From: Blastocladiella emersonii ATCC 22665
Taxonomy: Eukaryota; Fungi; Blastocladiomycota
DNA length: 64,000 bases
Reading direction: 5' to 3'
Assembly (NCBI GenBank): GCA_025594325.1
Contig: JANHCV010000001.1
Coordinates: 3,472,001-3,536,000 of the forward strand
Positions 1-12,073 of the stretch are shown here, one piece after another. The stretch's first letter is position 1, and every line of letters starts with the position of its first letter. The position numbers were made by a program, and so were the translations under genes. Below the pieces are notes generated by a model. The model did not search any database. It was not told the DNA's origin and worked only from the letters and a program-made list of their open reading frames with translations.

Positions 1-1042
1 CGACGGGTTCGCCTGCGCGTGCACGTCGTTGCCGCGCTCGGCGGCGCGGTGCGTGAACATGACCGTCTTGGTCATGGCGGCCGAGTTGCCCGTGAACCGG
101 AACGCCGCGTCGCCCGCGTAGTCGACCTCGTCCGGGTTCTTGTCCTTGTACGGGTTGTCGCGCATCGACCGCGTCTTGGGGTCGTAGTGCGCCGACTCGA
201 GGTCGAGGTTGCGCAGGTACTTGGGGATGTCCTCGCGGATCCGCAGGTTGCGCACCGTCTGCCGCGACTTCATGTCGAGCTTCTGCCCCGCCATGTCGGC
301 GCCCTCGGCGTACTTGTCCTCGTCGGCCTCCTCGTCGCTCGACGTGTCGACGTCGGCCAGCGTCTCGACGGGCCTCCCGCTGGCGGCCTCGGCGGCCGCG
401 CGCGCCTTGAGCTCCTCGTCCATCTTGAGCGCCTTGGCCTTCTTGCGCTGCTCCTCGACGAGCTCCCACTCGCGCATCAGCCGGACGTGCTCGGCCGCGT
501 CGTACCCGTTCCACCGGTCGCGCTTGGCCTCGAACCCGAGGTCCACCTGCTGCACCACCTCGTCGGCCTGGATCGCCGCCTGCGTCCATTTCGCGCCCTT
601 CTTGCGCGGCCGCTCCATGCACTCCTTGGTCTTGTGCGACATGGCCCCGCAGTTCTCGCACGCGCCCTTGCGGAACTTGGTCGCGGCGGGACCCGCCCGC
701 GCGCCGCGCGCGTACCACTTGTCGAGGTCGTCCTTCTTCGGGTCGTCGGTCGCCGAGTACGGCTTGCCGTCGGACCGCTGGTGCTTGAGTGACGGTGCGC
801 CCGTGTCAATGTACCCTGGACGATGACGATGGCCGACGTCGTTGTCAGTCGATGTGGCCAACATCAGGTGCAGAAGAACCAGGGAAGGCCGTACATGGCG
901 CCTGCACAATGTACTGCGGGATGTGCGGGTTGATCTCGTTCCCCTCCTCGTCGACCTCGGGCGGCGCCGTCCCGGCCTTGCGCGCCGCGTCCAGGTCCTG
1001 CTTCTTCTGGTACTCCTCCTTGGACAGCTTGCCCGATTGCAT
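1..1042 (-). CDS. SLU7: Pre-mRNA splicing factor Slu7 (3' end runs off window; intron 816-894)
   Basis: N-terminus [44 protein letters not shown]|YID, zinc knuckle KGACENCGAMSHKTKECMERPRK, KRDRWNGYD, VRNLRIREDIPKYLRNLDLESAHYDPKTRSMRDNP; GTACGG...CCAG intron restores APWYID. Confidence 0.96.
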
Positions 1043-1184
1043 GATGTTACGTGGTGCGCGCGGGCTGGGTGCGCGGCGGTGATGGAGGTCGGAAGAGGTG
1101 CGGCTCGAGGAGGATGTTCATCGCGGCACTGCGTCGGCCGCGGCCCTCTCTCCCCTCCGCGAAGCATGCAACGGAACCCCACCC

Positions 1185-4003
1185 ATGAATGCAAATGAAC
1201 TGAATCGAGCCGCCGAGAGCGCCGTCGCGGCCGACCTGGCCCGGCTCGACCCGGACCCGAGGGTGGCCCTGCGGATCGCAAACGAGGTCGGCCACGGTCC
1301 CCGTGCCCTTCGTCGGGCTGCAGATGCTGACCCTGGCCCACGTAGCTCTGGAAGGTGATCAATGAGGCTATGCAACGGTCTGCCGTCCATTTCGGTGCGC
1401 TTTAGACGACTCTGGCCGCGCGGACGCGACCCTGACGACCACGCCGTAGAGGGACAGGGACTCGAGGCCGCGTTCGAGCTCGTCAAGCAGACGACGCTAC
1501 TGCGCAAGCGGCTTCTCGAGGCGTACAAGGGTAGGTACGTTGGCCCCGCGCCGAGTCGCGACGTCGTTCGCTGACGCGGGGACTCGGCGGTAGCGCACAT
1601 CCTCGCACAGTTTGAGCAGGTCTACAAGGCCAGCATTCTCCGCCTTCTGTCGCGAACGGTACGACACTGTCTCCGTGCAGCTGCGCTGACCGCAGTCTCA
1701 CTCGCTCGCGGAACGAACAGAATGGGCTCAAGCACGCCATCAACGGCCTGCACGCGCGGCGCACCACGATCCTCGCGTGGTACTCGGCCCTCGGCGCGCC
1801 GGACCGCGACGTGCGCGAGATCCGCGACGTCATTGACGTGCAGCACCTCGACCTGCTATCGCCCGAGATCCGAGCCCGCGCGTGCGCCGCGCTGTACGAG
1901 CTCGACGGGTCCTTCAGCTTCCCGCTCGACGAGGCCGCGCGGGAGGAGGTCCTCACATCTTTGAACCTGCCCATCGCGTCGCTGCTCGCGACTCCCGCGG
2001 CGCCGCACCCGCTGATCGCCATGATGCGCGACCTCGGCCTGTTCGACCTCCTGCGCTCCGACCTAGCCGCTGATCTCGAGCAGCGCGTGACCGCCTTCGC
2101 CACCGACGCGTGCGCGCGCGCCGGCGACATGGACCCGGCGCTCCCCGCGTGTCTCGCCGAGCTGGACGCGCGGTGGTTCCCGCGTTTCGCGTACGCGCTG
2201 CACCTCGACACCGCCGCGGGCGCCGCCGCGCGGACGTACCGCGACCTCGTTGGGATTGCGCTCACCACGGTCCTCGCCGCGCGCACCTCGCGCGTTTTCG
2301 ACCTGGTCGCGCTGCGCCCGGCGTTCGACGGCGTCGTCGCCGACCTGCAGACGTGCCTCGCCGCGCGGCCCAGCGATACCGCGCGCGAGGTCGCCAAGGC
2401 CGCGCGCGTCGCGTTCAAGGCCCGGCTCATGCACCCGGGTGCGATGACGGCGGATCTCGTCGACATGTTCGCGCGCGCGGTGCCCGTGTTCTGCGAGCTC
2501 GCGCCGCGCGACGGGGATGTGCTCCTGCACGCGGCGACGCGCGACCTGCGCGGGTACCTAAGGTCGCGCGCCGACCTCGTGCCGTGTATCCTGCAGCTCC
2601 TGTTCGACGGCGACAACCGCGACGTGATGCTCCGCGGCGGCGCCATCGTGCTCGACTCGGACGAGCGGCGGCGCGTGTTCCCGGTCTCGGGCGACGCGGG
2701 GATCGATCTCGCGGCGCCGTGGACGCCGTTGCCGCTGTTCGAGACCCAGGCCGCGGGTGGAGGAGGGAAGAAGAAGAAGCTCGACACGCTCGCGATCCTC
2801 GTCAACATCTACGGCGCCAAAGACGCGTTCGTCGTCGAGTACCAGAAGCGACTCGCCGCGCAGCTGCTCGACTACGACGCCGAGGAGCCCGTCGATCTCG
2901 CGACGCACGCTGACACGGTCGAGAAGCTCAAGCGCCGGTTCGGTGACCGCCTGCTCGCGCACTGCGAGGGCATGCTGCGCGACGTGCGCGAGAGCGCGCG
3001 GATCGAGGCGCAGATCCGCGAGGACAAGGTCGCGCAGGAGGTACGGCCCCGTCGTGCGCTGCTTCGACGGCGGCAGCTCACTGACGAGACTTGTAGAACC
3101 CGGTGCACGCGACCATCATCTCGCGTGAGCTGTGGCCCGAGATGCGCAGCGACCCGCTGGTCGTGCACCCGGACATGGCCCCGTACGTTCCATCATGCTC
3201 CAGCCCGCGTCCCGTCAACTAACACCCACCTCCCGTGTAGTCACTTTGACGCCATCAACTCGGCATTCCAGTCAACCAAAGCCTCCCGCTCGCTCGTGTT
3301 TCTGGCAGCGCAGGGCCGCGTTGACCTGGAACTCGAGCTCGACAACGGACACGCGCTCGCCGTATCGTGCACGCCGGCGCAGGCCACGGTTCTCGCGTAC
3401 TTCCAGACCGCCGGCGACAACGTGTCGCTCCCCTCGCACACGGCATCGCACCTCGCATCCATCACCAAGCTTCCCGAACCGCGCGCCCGCGCTGCGCTGC
3501 AGTTCTGGGTGCGCAACGGGATCCTCGAGCGCGGCGCGGGGCACACTTACGTGCTGCGCTGTTTCGCAGCGGACGACGATGCTTCGCCCGCATCGACCGC
3601 CGCAGCAGCAGCAGCGACGCCGGCCGCGCAGGCGATGCTGAGCGGGTCCGGGTACCTCGCGCCGCACCCGCACGCGATGCTCGTTGACTCGCCGAGCAGC
3701 CCGACGCCCGCGGGCTCGTCCTCCTCGGGCGCGGGCGGAACAGCCGCGGGAGCGACAGCGGCGGCCGACGACCCGCTGGCGGCGCTGACAGCGGCGCAGG
3801 TGGACCAGCTGCGCCAGTTTGTGCACGTCTCGGTGGCGCACGTGGAGCGGAGCGCGGGCGCGGTGCACACGCGGCTGGCCATGATCATGCACCAGAACAA
3901 GCCGACGCTTGCGGCGGTGCAGGCGGTGCTCGACCGGATGGTCAAGGCGGGCGAGGTCGAGGTGACGACGGACGGGACGTACCGCGCCGTGGCGAGTGGG
4001 TGA
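1185..4003 (+). CDS. APC2: Anaphase-promoting complex subunit 2 (cullin-like), multi-exon; start approximate
   Basis: LDTLAILVNIYGAKDAFVVEYQKRLAAQLL, EKLKRRFGDRLLAHCEGMLRDVRES, WPEM..LVVHPD, SRSLVFLAAQGRVDLELEL, C-terminal winged-helix-like segment; several short introns in 1280-1700 and 3040-3240. Confidence 0.9.
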
Positions 4004-4116
4004 TGGGGTGGGTGAGAACAAAACGGCATTTTTGTATACGTGCGTGCAAGTACGAGTGAGGGTAGAGGCAATGAAGATACTAGGTGAGGTTGGGTGAGGA
4101 GAGGGGTCGGCGGCGC

Positions 4117-5284
4117 TTAGAAGGCTCGTGGGCTCTTGGCGAGGTCGAGGAACTTCTTGGGGTTGCCGCCCGAGACGAGCAGCATGCGGGCCACGTCCTC
4201 GGGCTTGGACATGAGCTTGGTCTCGAGGTACAGGTCAATGAGCTGGCTGGCCTCGGCCGTGGTGTATGGCGGGACGTGCACGAACTCGGCGGTCGGCAGC
4301 TTGGCGAGCTTGGCGCCGGGGTACCGCGGGTTGGTCTTGGACGTGGCGCCGATGACCTTGCCCTCGGCCTAGATGACGAGCGAGATGTGAGCTCGGTAAT
4401 TAATGGGGTCGCAGAAGCGAAGGAGGCGTACCTTGCCCTCGAAGAAGGGCAGGAGCGAGTGGCCGAGCACAAACTGCGAGGCGTGCAGCGGCTCCGACTT
4501 CTGGTTGAAGTAGCGGGTCTTGGAGAAGACGGCGTTGACGTGGTCGACGGCGAGGAGGACGTTGGGGCTAAACGACGCGCGAGCGGTCGATCAGCGTGCG
4601 CCATCAAGCTGCAGCAATATGAGCGACGTACTGCTTGGCCAGCTCCTCGAGGACGGCCTCGGTCACGTCCGAGGACCGCTCGTTGGAGCGGGCGCCGAGC
4701 GTCAGGAGGGCGGAGAGGGGCGAGTTGGCGTCAATCTTCTTCTCGCCGAACGCGTAGGCGGCGGTGATCTTGAGCTCGGCGGCGGACGTCTGGTTGTTGG
4801 AGAGGATCGACTGCAGGAAGGCGGACGAAGCGGTGGGCAGCTCCCACAGCTTCTTGGGGCCCTGGTTGTAGATGTAGCGGCCGTCAAACCACTCGGAGGC
4901 TACGGGCGCGTGGCGGGGCGCAGCGTCAGCGAGCAGGCCAGGTGCGATCCGTGCACTGGAGATGCGGCGCACCATCCTTGACGTGAACAATGACGTTGGC
5001 GTCGTTCTGGCTCTCGACCGAGACGACGTGCTCGAGCGTGCACGTCTTGCCGGCGCCGATGGGGCCGTCTACAGACCCAGCAGCAGCGTCAGGGACCGGT
5101 CCGACATGGCCGCATTGCGGCAGCCGTAGCAGGGGTGACGGATCTCACCAATGATCACGGGCTTCTTGCTGTTGAGGGACTTGAAGACGTGGTCGACAAA
5201 GCCGCGAAGCAGCAGACCGCCGGCCGCGGTGGGCGACTCGATGAAGTTGACGGCGACGCCGCCGGCGACCTTGAGCGCTGACAT
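4117..5284 (-). CDS. RSM23: Mitochondrial ribosomal protein mS29 (DAP3/Rsm23), multi-exon; an additional 5' exon is possible
   Basis: P-loop DGPIGAGKT after intron, VLLAVDHVNAVFSKTRY, VHVPPYTTAEASQLIDLY, LLVSGGNPKKFL. Confidence 0.85.
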
Positions 5285-5561
5285 GGTGGTTGATACGTTG
5301 CAGGGAGTGGTATGTGCGCTCTGCAGAGGCTCAGCGGCGTAAAGGGAAGATCAGCGAGGTGAGGTTAGCGCGAGGCAAGCGGCCAACTCGGCGCTCAACC
5401 ACACGCGTGATGCCGACGGGCGTGGCAGGTCGCCCGCCGACGTGACGACGCGCGCGTTCGCCCTGCCCTGCCACCGACGCGACGCACATTTCGCTGCTCT
5501 CCGCCCGAGTTGCTAAACGCCGCACCTCCTGCTACGGATCAACACTGCCCGCAACGCAACC

Positions 5562-6789
5562 ATGTCGAACATCTTCCAGTCCCTGACCGCCCAGGCGGCC
5601 GCCGGCGCCGCGGCCAAGAAGCGGTACCTCGTCGAGTTCCGCGCCGGTCCGTCGCATCATCTGCGTTGCGCTGCCCGGAACGGTCGATCGCTGACGCGGT
5701 GAGATGCTCGTAGGCAAGATGTCCCGCACGACGGGCAACACGGTCGCGCCCGACACCCGCAAGGGGTACGCCACGGCCTCGTGAGCCTGTCATTACGCGC
5801 CAACGCTGACGAGACACCGTTGCCTGTAGCCTGGTCTTTATGGAGATCGGTGAGGACACGCTCCTCCACTTCTACTGGAAGGGTACGCGCTCCGTGGGGG
5901 TCCCGCTCCGTCAGCAGCGTCGCTGACCGCGACTTTGCGCCGTAGACCGCACGACCAACCGCATCGAGGACGACCTGATCATCTTCCCCGACGAGGCCGA
6001 GTTCGTGCGCGTGACGCAGTCCAACGACCGCGTGTACATGCTCGCGTTCAAGTCGTCGTCGCAGAAGCTCTTCTTCTGGATGCAGGAGCCCAAGGCCGAC
6101 CGCGACGCCGAGTTTGCCGCCACCATCAACCGCGTCATCAACGACCCCTCGTCGGCCGCCGGCGACAGCCCGACCTCGCCCAACAACGAGCAGGCCCAGC
6201 TCATGCAGCTGCTCCAGCAGAGCATGCCCATGTACGCGCGCGTACTCGCTGCTCTCACGCGCCCGTGAGCTCGGCCACTGACTCTTCACCGTGTAGTGGC
6301 GCCAACCCCGCGCGCAGCGCGAGCCCGACCCGCGCCGCGCCTGCTGCCGCGACGGCCACCTCGCCCGCCCCCGCCGGCGGCGCCACGAGCGAGCAGATGG
6401 CGCAGCTGCGCAACCTGCTGGCCGGGATCCAGGTGCCGCAGAGCGAGCCCGACGTGGACCTGACCGCGGTCCTCAACATCGAGAACCTGCGCCCCGTGCT
6501 CGGCGACGCGTCGGCCCGCGCCGCCCTGTTCCCGCACCTCCCCGAGAACGCGCCCCACACCACGGGCGAGCTCGAGGAGACGATCCGGTCGCCCCAGTTC
6601 CGCCAGTCGCTCCAGACCCTCGCCTACGCGCTCCGCTCCGGCCAGCTCGCCACCATCCTCACCTCCATGGGCCTCGACCCCTCGTCGGCCGGCACCGCCT
6701 CGGGCGTCGAGGCGCTGCTCCGCGCCGTCGCCGCCTCCCGCGGCCAGCCCAAGCAGGACGACGAGGACCGCATGGACACGGATTCGTAA
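5562..6789 (+). CDS. RPN13: Proteasome ubiquitin receptor Rpn13/ADRM1, multi-exon
   Basis: PRU domain LVEFRAG|KM..VAPDTRKG|LVFM..LLHFYWK|DRTTNRIEDDLIIFPDEAEF..RVYMLAFKSSSQKLFFWMQEP; C-terminal UCH37-binding domain SPQFRQSLQTLAYALRSGQL. Confidence 0.96.
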
Positions 6790-7641
6790 GCCGTGTGAGA
6801 GTGTCTCCTTCCTCCCTCGCCCTCCGTATCTGGCGCGATTGTTGAATGTCATTACGGTGCTTCCCTGCCCCCCTCTCATGTCCCGATTGAGAGCTGGCTT
6901 GCAGATCCTGAGGCGTGTACAGGTCGAGGTCGAGGGCGGCGGCCAGGACGGAGGCCCAGCGAAGCGCGACGCGGCCGCACGCTTGAGGTCGATGCCGTCC
7001 CGAACTCGACCACCTCCCCTCTCCCCCCATGCATCAACCCCCCTTCTCGCGCGTCACACTTGGCGCAATCTTGCTATTTAGTCCCGATCCCCTCGAACAT
7101 GATGAGATATTTAGTGAGCGGAAGGAGCGATCGCCGACAGCCGACTCGCCCGGTCCCCGCACCTCGCTGCGCTCTCCATCCTCTTCTCGGCGTCGCGTCG
7201 ACGCGCGCACAGCTCGCTGCTCCGCGCCGCCAAGAAACGAAGGAAGAGGCGGTGGTGGGGGACCTAGGGTCGGCGGGCACGCTCCAACAGTGTCGAGCTC
7301 AAGGCGAATCTGAGTCGTTGAGGAGGTTCTCAGGCACAACCGCCGCCAAGCGGATCGTGCTTGTTTTTGCTACTTTGGCCGTCTCCCACCCACGCGGCCT
7401 GACTCAGGGCCCGTCATGATGGCCGTCGCGGCCCTGCCCTCGTGCCCTGCCAGGAGGGAGGGAACCGTCGTGCAGGCGGGCCGTGCGTACAAGAAGGCCG
7501 CGCTCCCCTCGGCCCTCCCTCTCGTCCCAATCCTCACCTTGCTCAAACCCACCACTAGCACATCTGCTACGCACTGAATCGCCTTGCACACACGCGACCG
7601 ACGCCCGAGCATCCTTGCACACCGAAATTCACCACCCCACC

Positions 7642-8644
7642 ATGCATCCCATCCTCGCGCTCCTCCTCGTCCTGGTCGCCACGGCCGGCCTCGTCCCCGA
7701 CGGCGCGCACGCGCACTCGTGGGCCGACTGCGTCGCGTCGCGCAACGGCGTGTGCGAGGGCTACCCACGCGTACGTTCTCCTCGGCGACTGATCACGCTC
7801 GCGATCACGGCTCCGCTCACTCACACCCACACGCGACCCCTTCGTGTAGGGCTACCCTGGCCGCGGATGGATGACGCCCATCGACACGCTGTTCACGTAC
7901 CGGATCGACCAGCGCAACAACGCGACGCGGCTGTGCCAGCTGGACCGGCCCGTGTACACGCCGGCGTACCCGGCGCCGCGCGCGGTGCCCGGCGAGTCGC
8001 TCGTCATGTCGTGGAAGACCAACGGCCACTACTACGGCCACCCGAACCCGATCCGCATCGCGTGCCTCAAGAACGACGCGCGCCAGGCCCCGCGCGCCGC
8101 CTTCTTCGACAACGCGGCCGCCGAGCTGCTCGCCCGTGTGCCCTTCGACAACGCCGGGTGCACCAACCCCAACGACCCGTACGCCGACTGCTACGCGTCC
8201 TTCACGCTGCCCGGCGACTGGGCGCCTGGGTCGACCCACACGTGCGTCTGGTTCTGGAACTACGACAGCAACCCCGTTGGCGAGGAGTATACGAGCTGCT
8301 TCGACGTGCTCGTCCAGGCCCCCGCCGCTGCCGCGTCGCCCGCTCCTGCACCTGCACCGGCCGCGGACCCGGCGCCAGCCCCTGCTCAAGTCGACGTGCC
8401 GCCCCCGTCATCGCCGCCGGCCGCCTCGGCCCCGGCTCCTGCTGATCCGCCTGCACCTGTCCCTGCTGCGCCCGTCCCCGCCCCGGCGCCCGCGCCCATG
8501 TCGACGCCGCCTGCCGCGGACCCGGCCTCGTCGCCGTCGTGGATCCCGTCGTGGGTGCCGTCGTGGCTGCGCAAGAAGCTGACGCGCGCGCGGTCGTACC
8601 ACGCTGGCGCGGACGGGTCGACGGCCACCAAGACGATCTACTGA
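7642..8644 (+). CDS. Secreted LPMO-like copper-binding protein with predicted N-terminal His, followed by Pro/Ala linker and Trp-rich tail (intron 7771-7849)
   Basis: Signal peptide MHPILALLLVLVATAGLVPDGAHA then HSWADC; second His in SWKTNGH; C-terminal HTCVWFWNY..GEEYTSCFDV motif; intron GTACGT...GTGTAG joins frames. Confidence 0.7.
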
Positions 8645-8765
8645 GCTCGATGTTGTCCTTCTCCCCCTCCTCGCACCTCCGACCGACCTTCCCACTCGCA
8701 CGAATACCCCCTCCCCACCCATTGCACGCACAACTACCATGAATGAAAAACGAGTCGGTTGGATA

Positions 8766-10298
8766 TCATTGAATCGCACACACGGTGGTATTCGGGTATC
8801 TTGACGCGAGCGACCGCTGCGCGCGGCGGGCGAGGACCGCCGGCTTGAGCCGGTGCCTCAGCGCACGCGTACCGACGACGCGGCGCGGGGACCGCTCGAG
8901 GCGCGACGCCTCGCTGGCCGTCACGTCGTCGGTGAGGAGGTCGCGGTGCGCGGACCACCAGTGGTATAATTCGAGCTGGCCGTGCTCGAGGGCGACGTCG
9001 CGCAGGTCGACGTGGTCGGGCACCCGCAGCACGAGCTTACCCCTCGCGGCCGCTGCGACCCACCACTCGAGCACGCGCTGGTGGCCCGCGGCCGTGGCGC
9101 CCGCGAGCGCGCGGCCCGAGTACCGCAGCTCGATGACGACCTCGCTCTTGCCCCTTGCCGCGAGCTCGGCCGCGTCGAACCACCAGTCGAGGATCGGGAC
9201 GAGCCCGTTGGCGCTCGCCCCATCGACAGCCGCCGCCGTGTACTCGAGCGGCAGCCGGGCGACGCGCCACCACGCGAGGACTGCCGAGTGGCCCGCGGCG
9301 CTCGCGCGGTCCATGGCGGCCGCCGTGTAGAAGAGCGGCACCTTGTGGTACAGGTGGGCGGCGCGCCACCAGTCGAGCACGCCGACGCGCCCGTGCTCGC
9401 TCGCGAGGTCCATGGCCGCCGCGTCGTACGCCATCGGCAGGCCCGACGTGCGCCACCACTCGAGCACGGGGACGTGTCCGCGCACGCACGCGCCCGTGAT
9501 GGCGGCGCGCGAGTACCGCGGGACCAGCGCCGCGCGCGATTTCGGCGCGGCGGTGCACCACCACTCGAGCACGGACACGTGGCCCTCGGCGCTCGCCGCG
9601 TCCATGGCGTGCTCCGTGTAGTCGAGCGGGAACGCGCGCGTACCCCCGGAACCGTCGGCGAGCCACTGCAGGACGTGGACGTGCCCGCGCACGCTCGCGA
9701 CCGTCAGCAGCGACAGCACGCCGGACCCGGGCGCGGCCGTCGGGAACTCGAGCGGCAGCCCCGACTCGTCGCGCCACCACGCGAGCACCGCGACGTGGCC
9801 TGCGCGGCACGCGCCCTGGATCGCGCGCCAGGAATAGGTCATGCGGACCGTCGCGGGCCGCTGCGCGTGTTCCCGTGCCCACCACGCGAGGACCGCGACG
9901 TGTCCAGCGCAGCTCACGGCGTCAATCGCGCCCTCGGGACACGCGACGGGCAGCGCCAGCTCGCGGCGCAGGTCCAGCAGATCGACGCGCCCCGCGAGCG
10001 ACGCGGCGAGCGCGGTGCAGTGCGGCAGCCGCGCGAACACGGCGCGGCGCAGCAGCGTCATGTTCGGCGCGACGAACAGGTACGCCGAGAACTCGGCGGC
10101 GAGCGGGGTCATCGGGGTCGTTGGCGTGGTTGGCGACGGCGGCGGGCTGGAGTTGCTTCTGCGGCCGTTCCCATGGCACGGCGGCGCGGACGCGACGACG
10201 CAGTGCAGCAGGATGGACTCGATGAGCTCGAACGGGAGCCGCGCCCGGGTATGCCTGGTATCATCATCAACCATGGTCGTGGTTGCGGTGCGTTGCAT
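8766..10298 (-). CDS. Ankyrin-like repeat protein (A-S-x-x-G-H-V-x-V-L-x-W-W repeats) with N-terminal F-box-like LPFELIESIL motif
   Basis: About 9 repeats such as YTEHAMDAASAEGHVSVLEWW, YSRAAITGACVRGHVPVLEWW in a 510-aa intronless ORF. Confidence 0.85.
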   Translation of the reverse strand: MQRTATTTMVDDDTRHTRARLPFELIESILLHCVVASAPPCHGNGRRSNSSPPPSPTTPTTPMTPLAAEFSAYLFVAPNMTLLRRAVFARLPHCTALAASLAGRVDLLDLRRELALPVACPEGAIDAVSCAGHVAVLAWWAREHAQRPATVRMTYSWRAIQGACRAGHVAVLAWWRDESGLPLEFPTAAPGSGVLSLLTVASVRGHVHVLQWLADGSGGTRAFPLDYTEHAMDAASAEGHVSVLEWWCTAAPKSRAALVPRYSRAAITGACVRGHVPVLEWWRTSGLPMAYDAAAMDLASEHGRVGVLDWWRAAHLYHKVPLFYTAAAMDRASAAGHSAVLAWWRVARLPLEYTAAAVDGASANGLVPILDWWFDAAELAARGKSEVVIELRYSGRALAGATAAGHQRVLEWWVAAAARGKLVLRVPDHVDLRDVALEHGQLELYHWWSAHRDLLTDDVTASEASRLERSPRRVVGTRALRHRLKPAVLARRAQRSLASRYPNTTVCAIQ

Positions 10299-10634
10299 GG
10301 CGCTTCGACGCGGGAGAGCGGGAATCGCGCGCGGCGCGGGCTTGCCTCTTCAGGCCGGCGGGAACGGTTCGGTTCGGAGCCGACGGACCGGCTTCGACGG
10401 CGGCTATCGAGCTCCATCAGCACAGCACCGCAGCGGAGAGGGTTCGCGACCGCCCACGCTCGCGGACGCGACGGAAAAGTGTCTCCCGCGAGAGACGCGG
10501 TCCGCCCGCCCTCACGTGGGCCGGCCCGCTCATGAAGGGCGCGCTGTCGGTCCATCCTCGCTCCGCCCGGACCACTTCCATGTATCTTACGCACCGATCC
10601 GAGGACTTGCTGCAACGCACTGGATTGAGTCATC

Positions 10635-11810
10635 TTGAAGCTCTCTGCGGTGGATCACCCGCTGGTCTCTTCGGCGACAGCCGCCTCGACGAGGCTGCAG
10701 ATCCCGTTCGAAGTGGCCGAGCGCATCCTCCTCTTCGCCGCGGACGAAGCGTGTCGAGGCCGCCAATCCATCAGAGCCACCTGCGACTGTGGCAAACTGC
10801 CCTTGGACGATGCCGAGTTGCTTGAGCACAGGGTCCGCCCTCCTCGCTGTGACGAGGGCTCGAATTGCGACCTTACTGCCGGGCTGCGCGAGTACCTCCA
10901 CGTCTGTCCCGGCCTCACTCGGCTTCGGGACCGGGTGTTCGAGTACTTTGACGGTGCCTCCGCCTTCCACATACTCCTCGAAGATCGCGCTGATCGGTTT
11001 CGGGTCGCTCTCAGCTCGGTTTCTTTCACCGGTACCAGTTCAACGCCGACCTTGGTGGGTGGTTTGGCCGGATTCTCAGATGCCACACCATGGCTGCCCA
11101 GCATCGAGTATCGACCATCGTCCGAGACTTGCTCCGCGATCCCGTTCCCTTCATTGACGTTGAAAAAACTTGCTGTCTTGGCCGCTGCCGTGAGCGACCA
11201 GGTTGCGATCGAGTCCTGGACAAGGTCGACGAGCTCGAGGCTTCACGAACCCGCCGTGGTCTCGAACATGCTGCACACGGCCACGTCTTCAGCCGTTCTG
11301 GACCTGATTTGGACCGGTACACGGTGCCCACACGACTCTATCACGCTCGACCTTGATCGCCTCGGCATATCAATCTTTCCTGTAAACGAGGCACAGCGCG
11401 GGTCTGACCGGATGAACGCACTAAGCTGGTGGAAGCGGATCAAACACCCGCGCTTCGTCTACACGGAACTCTAATTCGACTCGGCGTGTGCTCGAGGCAT
11501 GGGCTACCTCGCCTTTTGGTGGCTCCGTAGCTCAGAGCTTCCGCTCATGTGTTCGTCGTCGGCTTTCGTGGCGACTCATCTCGGTCCTAACGGGAAACCA
11601 CAAGCGGAAGGACGTGCTGCCGACGGTCCTCAATACCATGGCCGCGCACCCCGAGCATGCCCGGGAGATACAGTACACGGAGGAGGCGTTCTGGTCGGCG
11701 AGAGAATTCGAAAACGTGGCGCTGTTCCGCTGGTAGGTCGACAATGGCTTCACAAGGTCGGCAAGATGCCCCGCACGCTCCGCGACTGGTATTTCAGGAA
11801 GTGCACCTGA
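10635..11810 (+). pseudogene. Decayed paralog of the ankyrin-like WW-repeat gene
   Basis: IPFEVAERIL N-terminal motif; NALSWWKR..FVYTEL*FDSACARGMGYLAFWWLRSSELP with in-frame TAA at 11472-11474; next repeat (IQYTEEAFWSA..VALFRW) in another frame; lower GC3. Confidence 0.7.
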
Positions 11811-12073
11811 GCCGCCCGTGTGCGCTTTGAGCGTTTGTTTCTCGCTGAAGCTGTTTTCGGAATACATCGACGTCTGACGTCCCTCCCGCGCCGAGCGAGA
11901 GAGCTCGAAGACGCGTTGCGCCACCGGCGTGCACGCCGCTCAGGGCCACGTGTGCGAGGACGCCCACTTCACTTGGCGCGCCTTGACCGCCTCCGCTCTC
12001 CTCTCCCCATCGGCTCTGAGGCCCCCATGTATCTTTTTGGACCGCACGACTCGTCGCAACGCATCACCAACTC

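Noticed and set aside
7099-7105. Box C-like ATGATGA
   Set aside because: No suitably placed box D or terminal stem.
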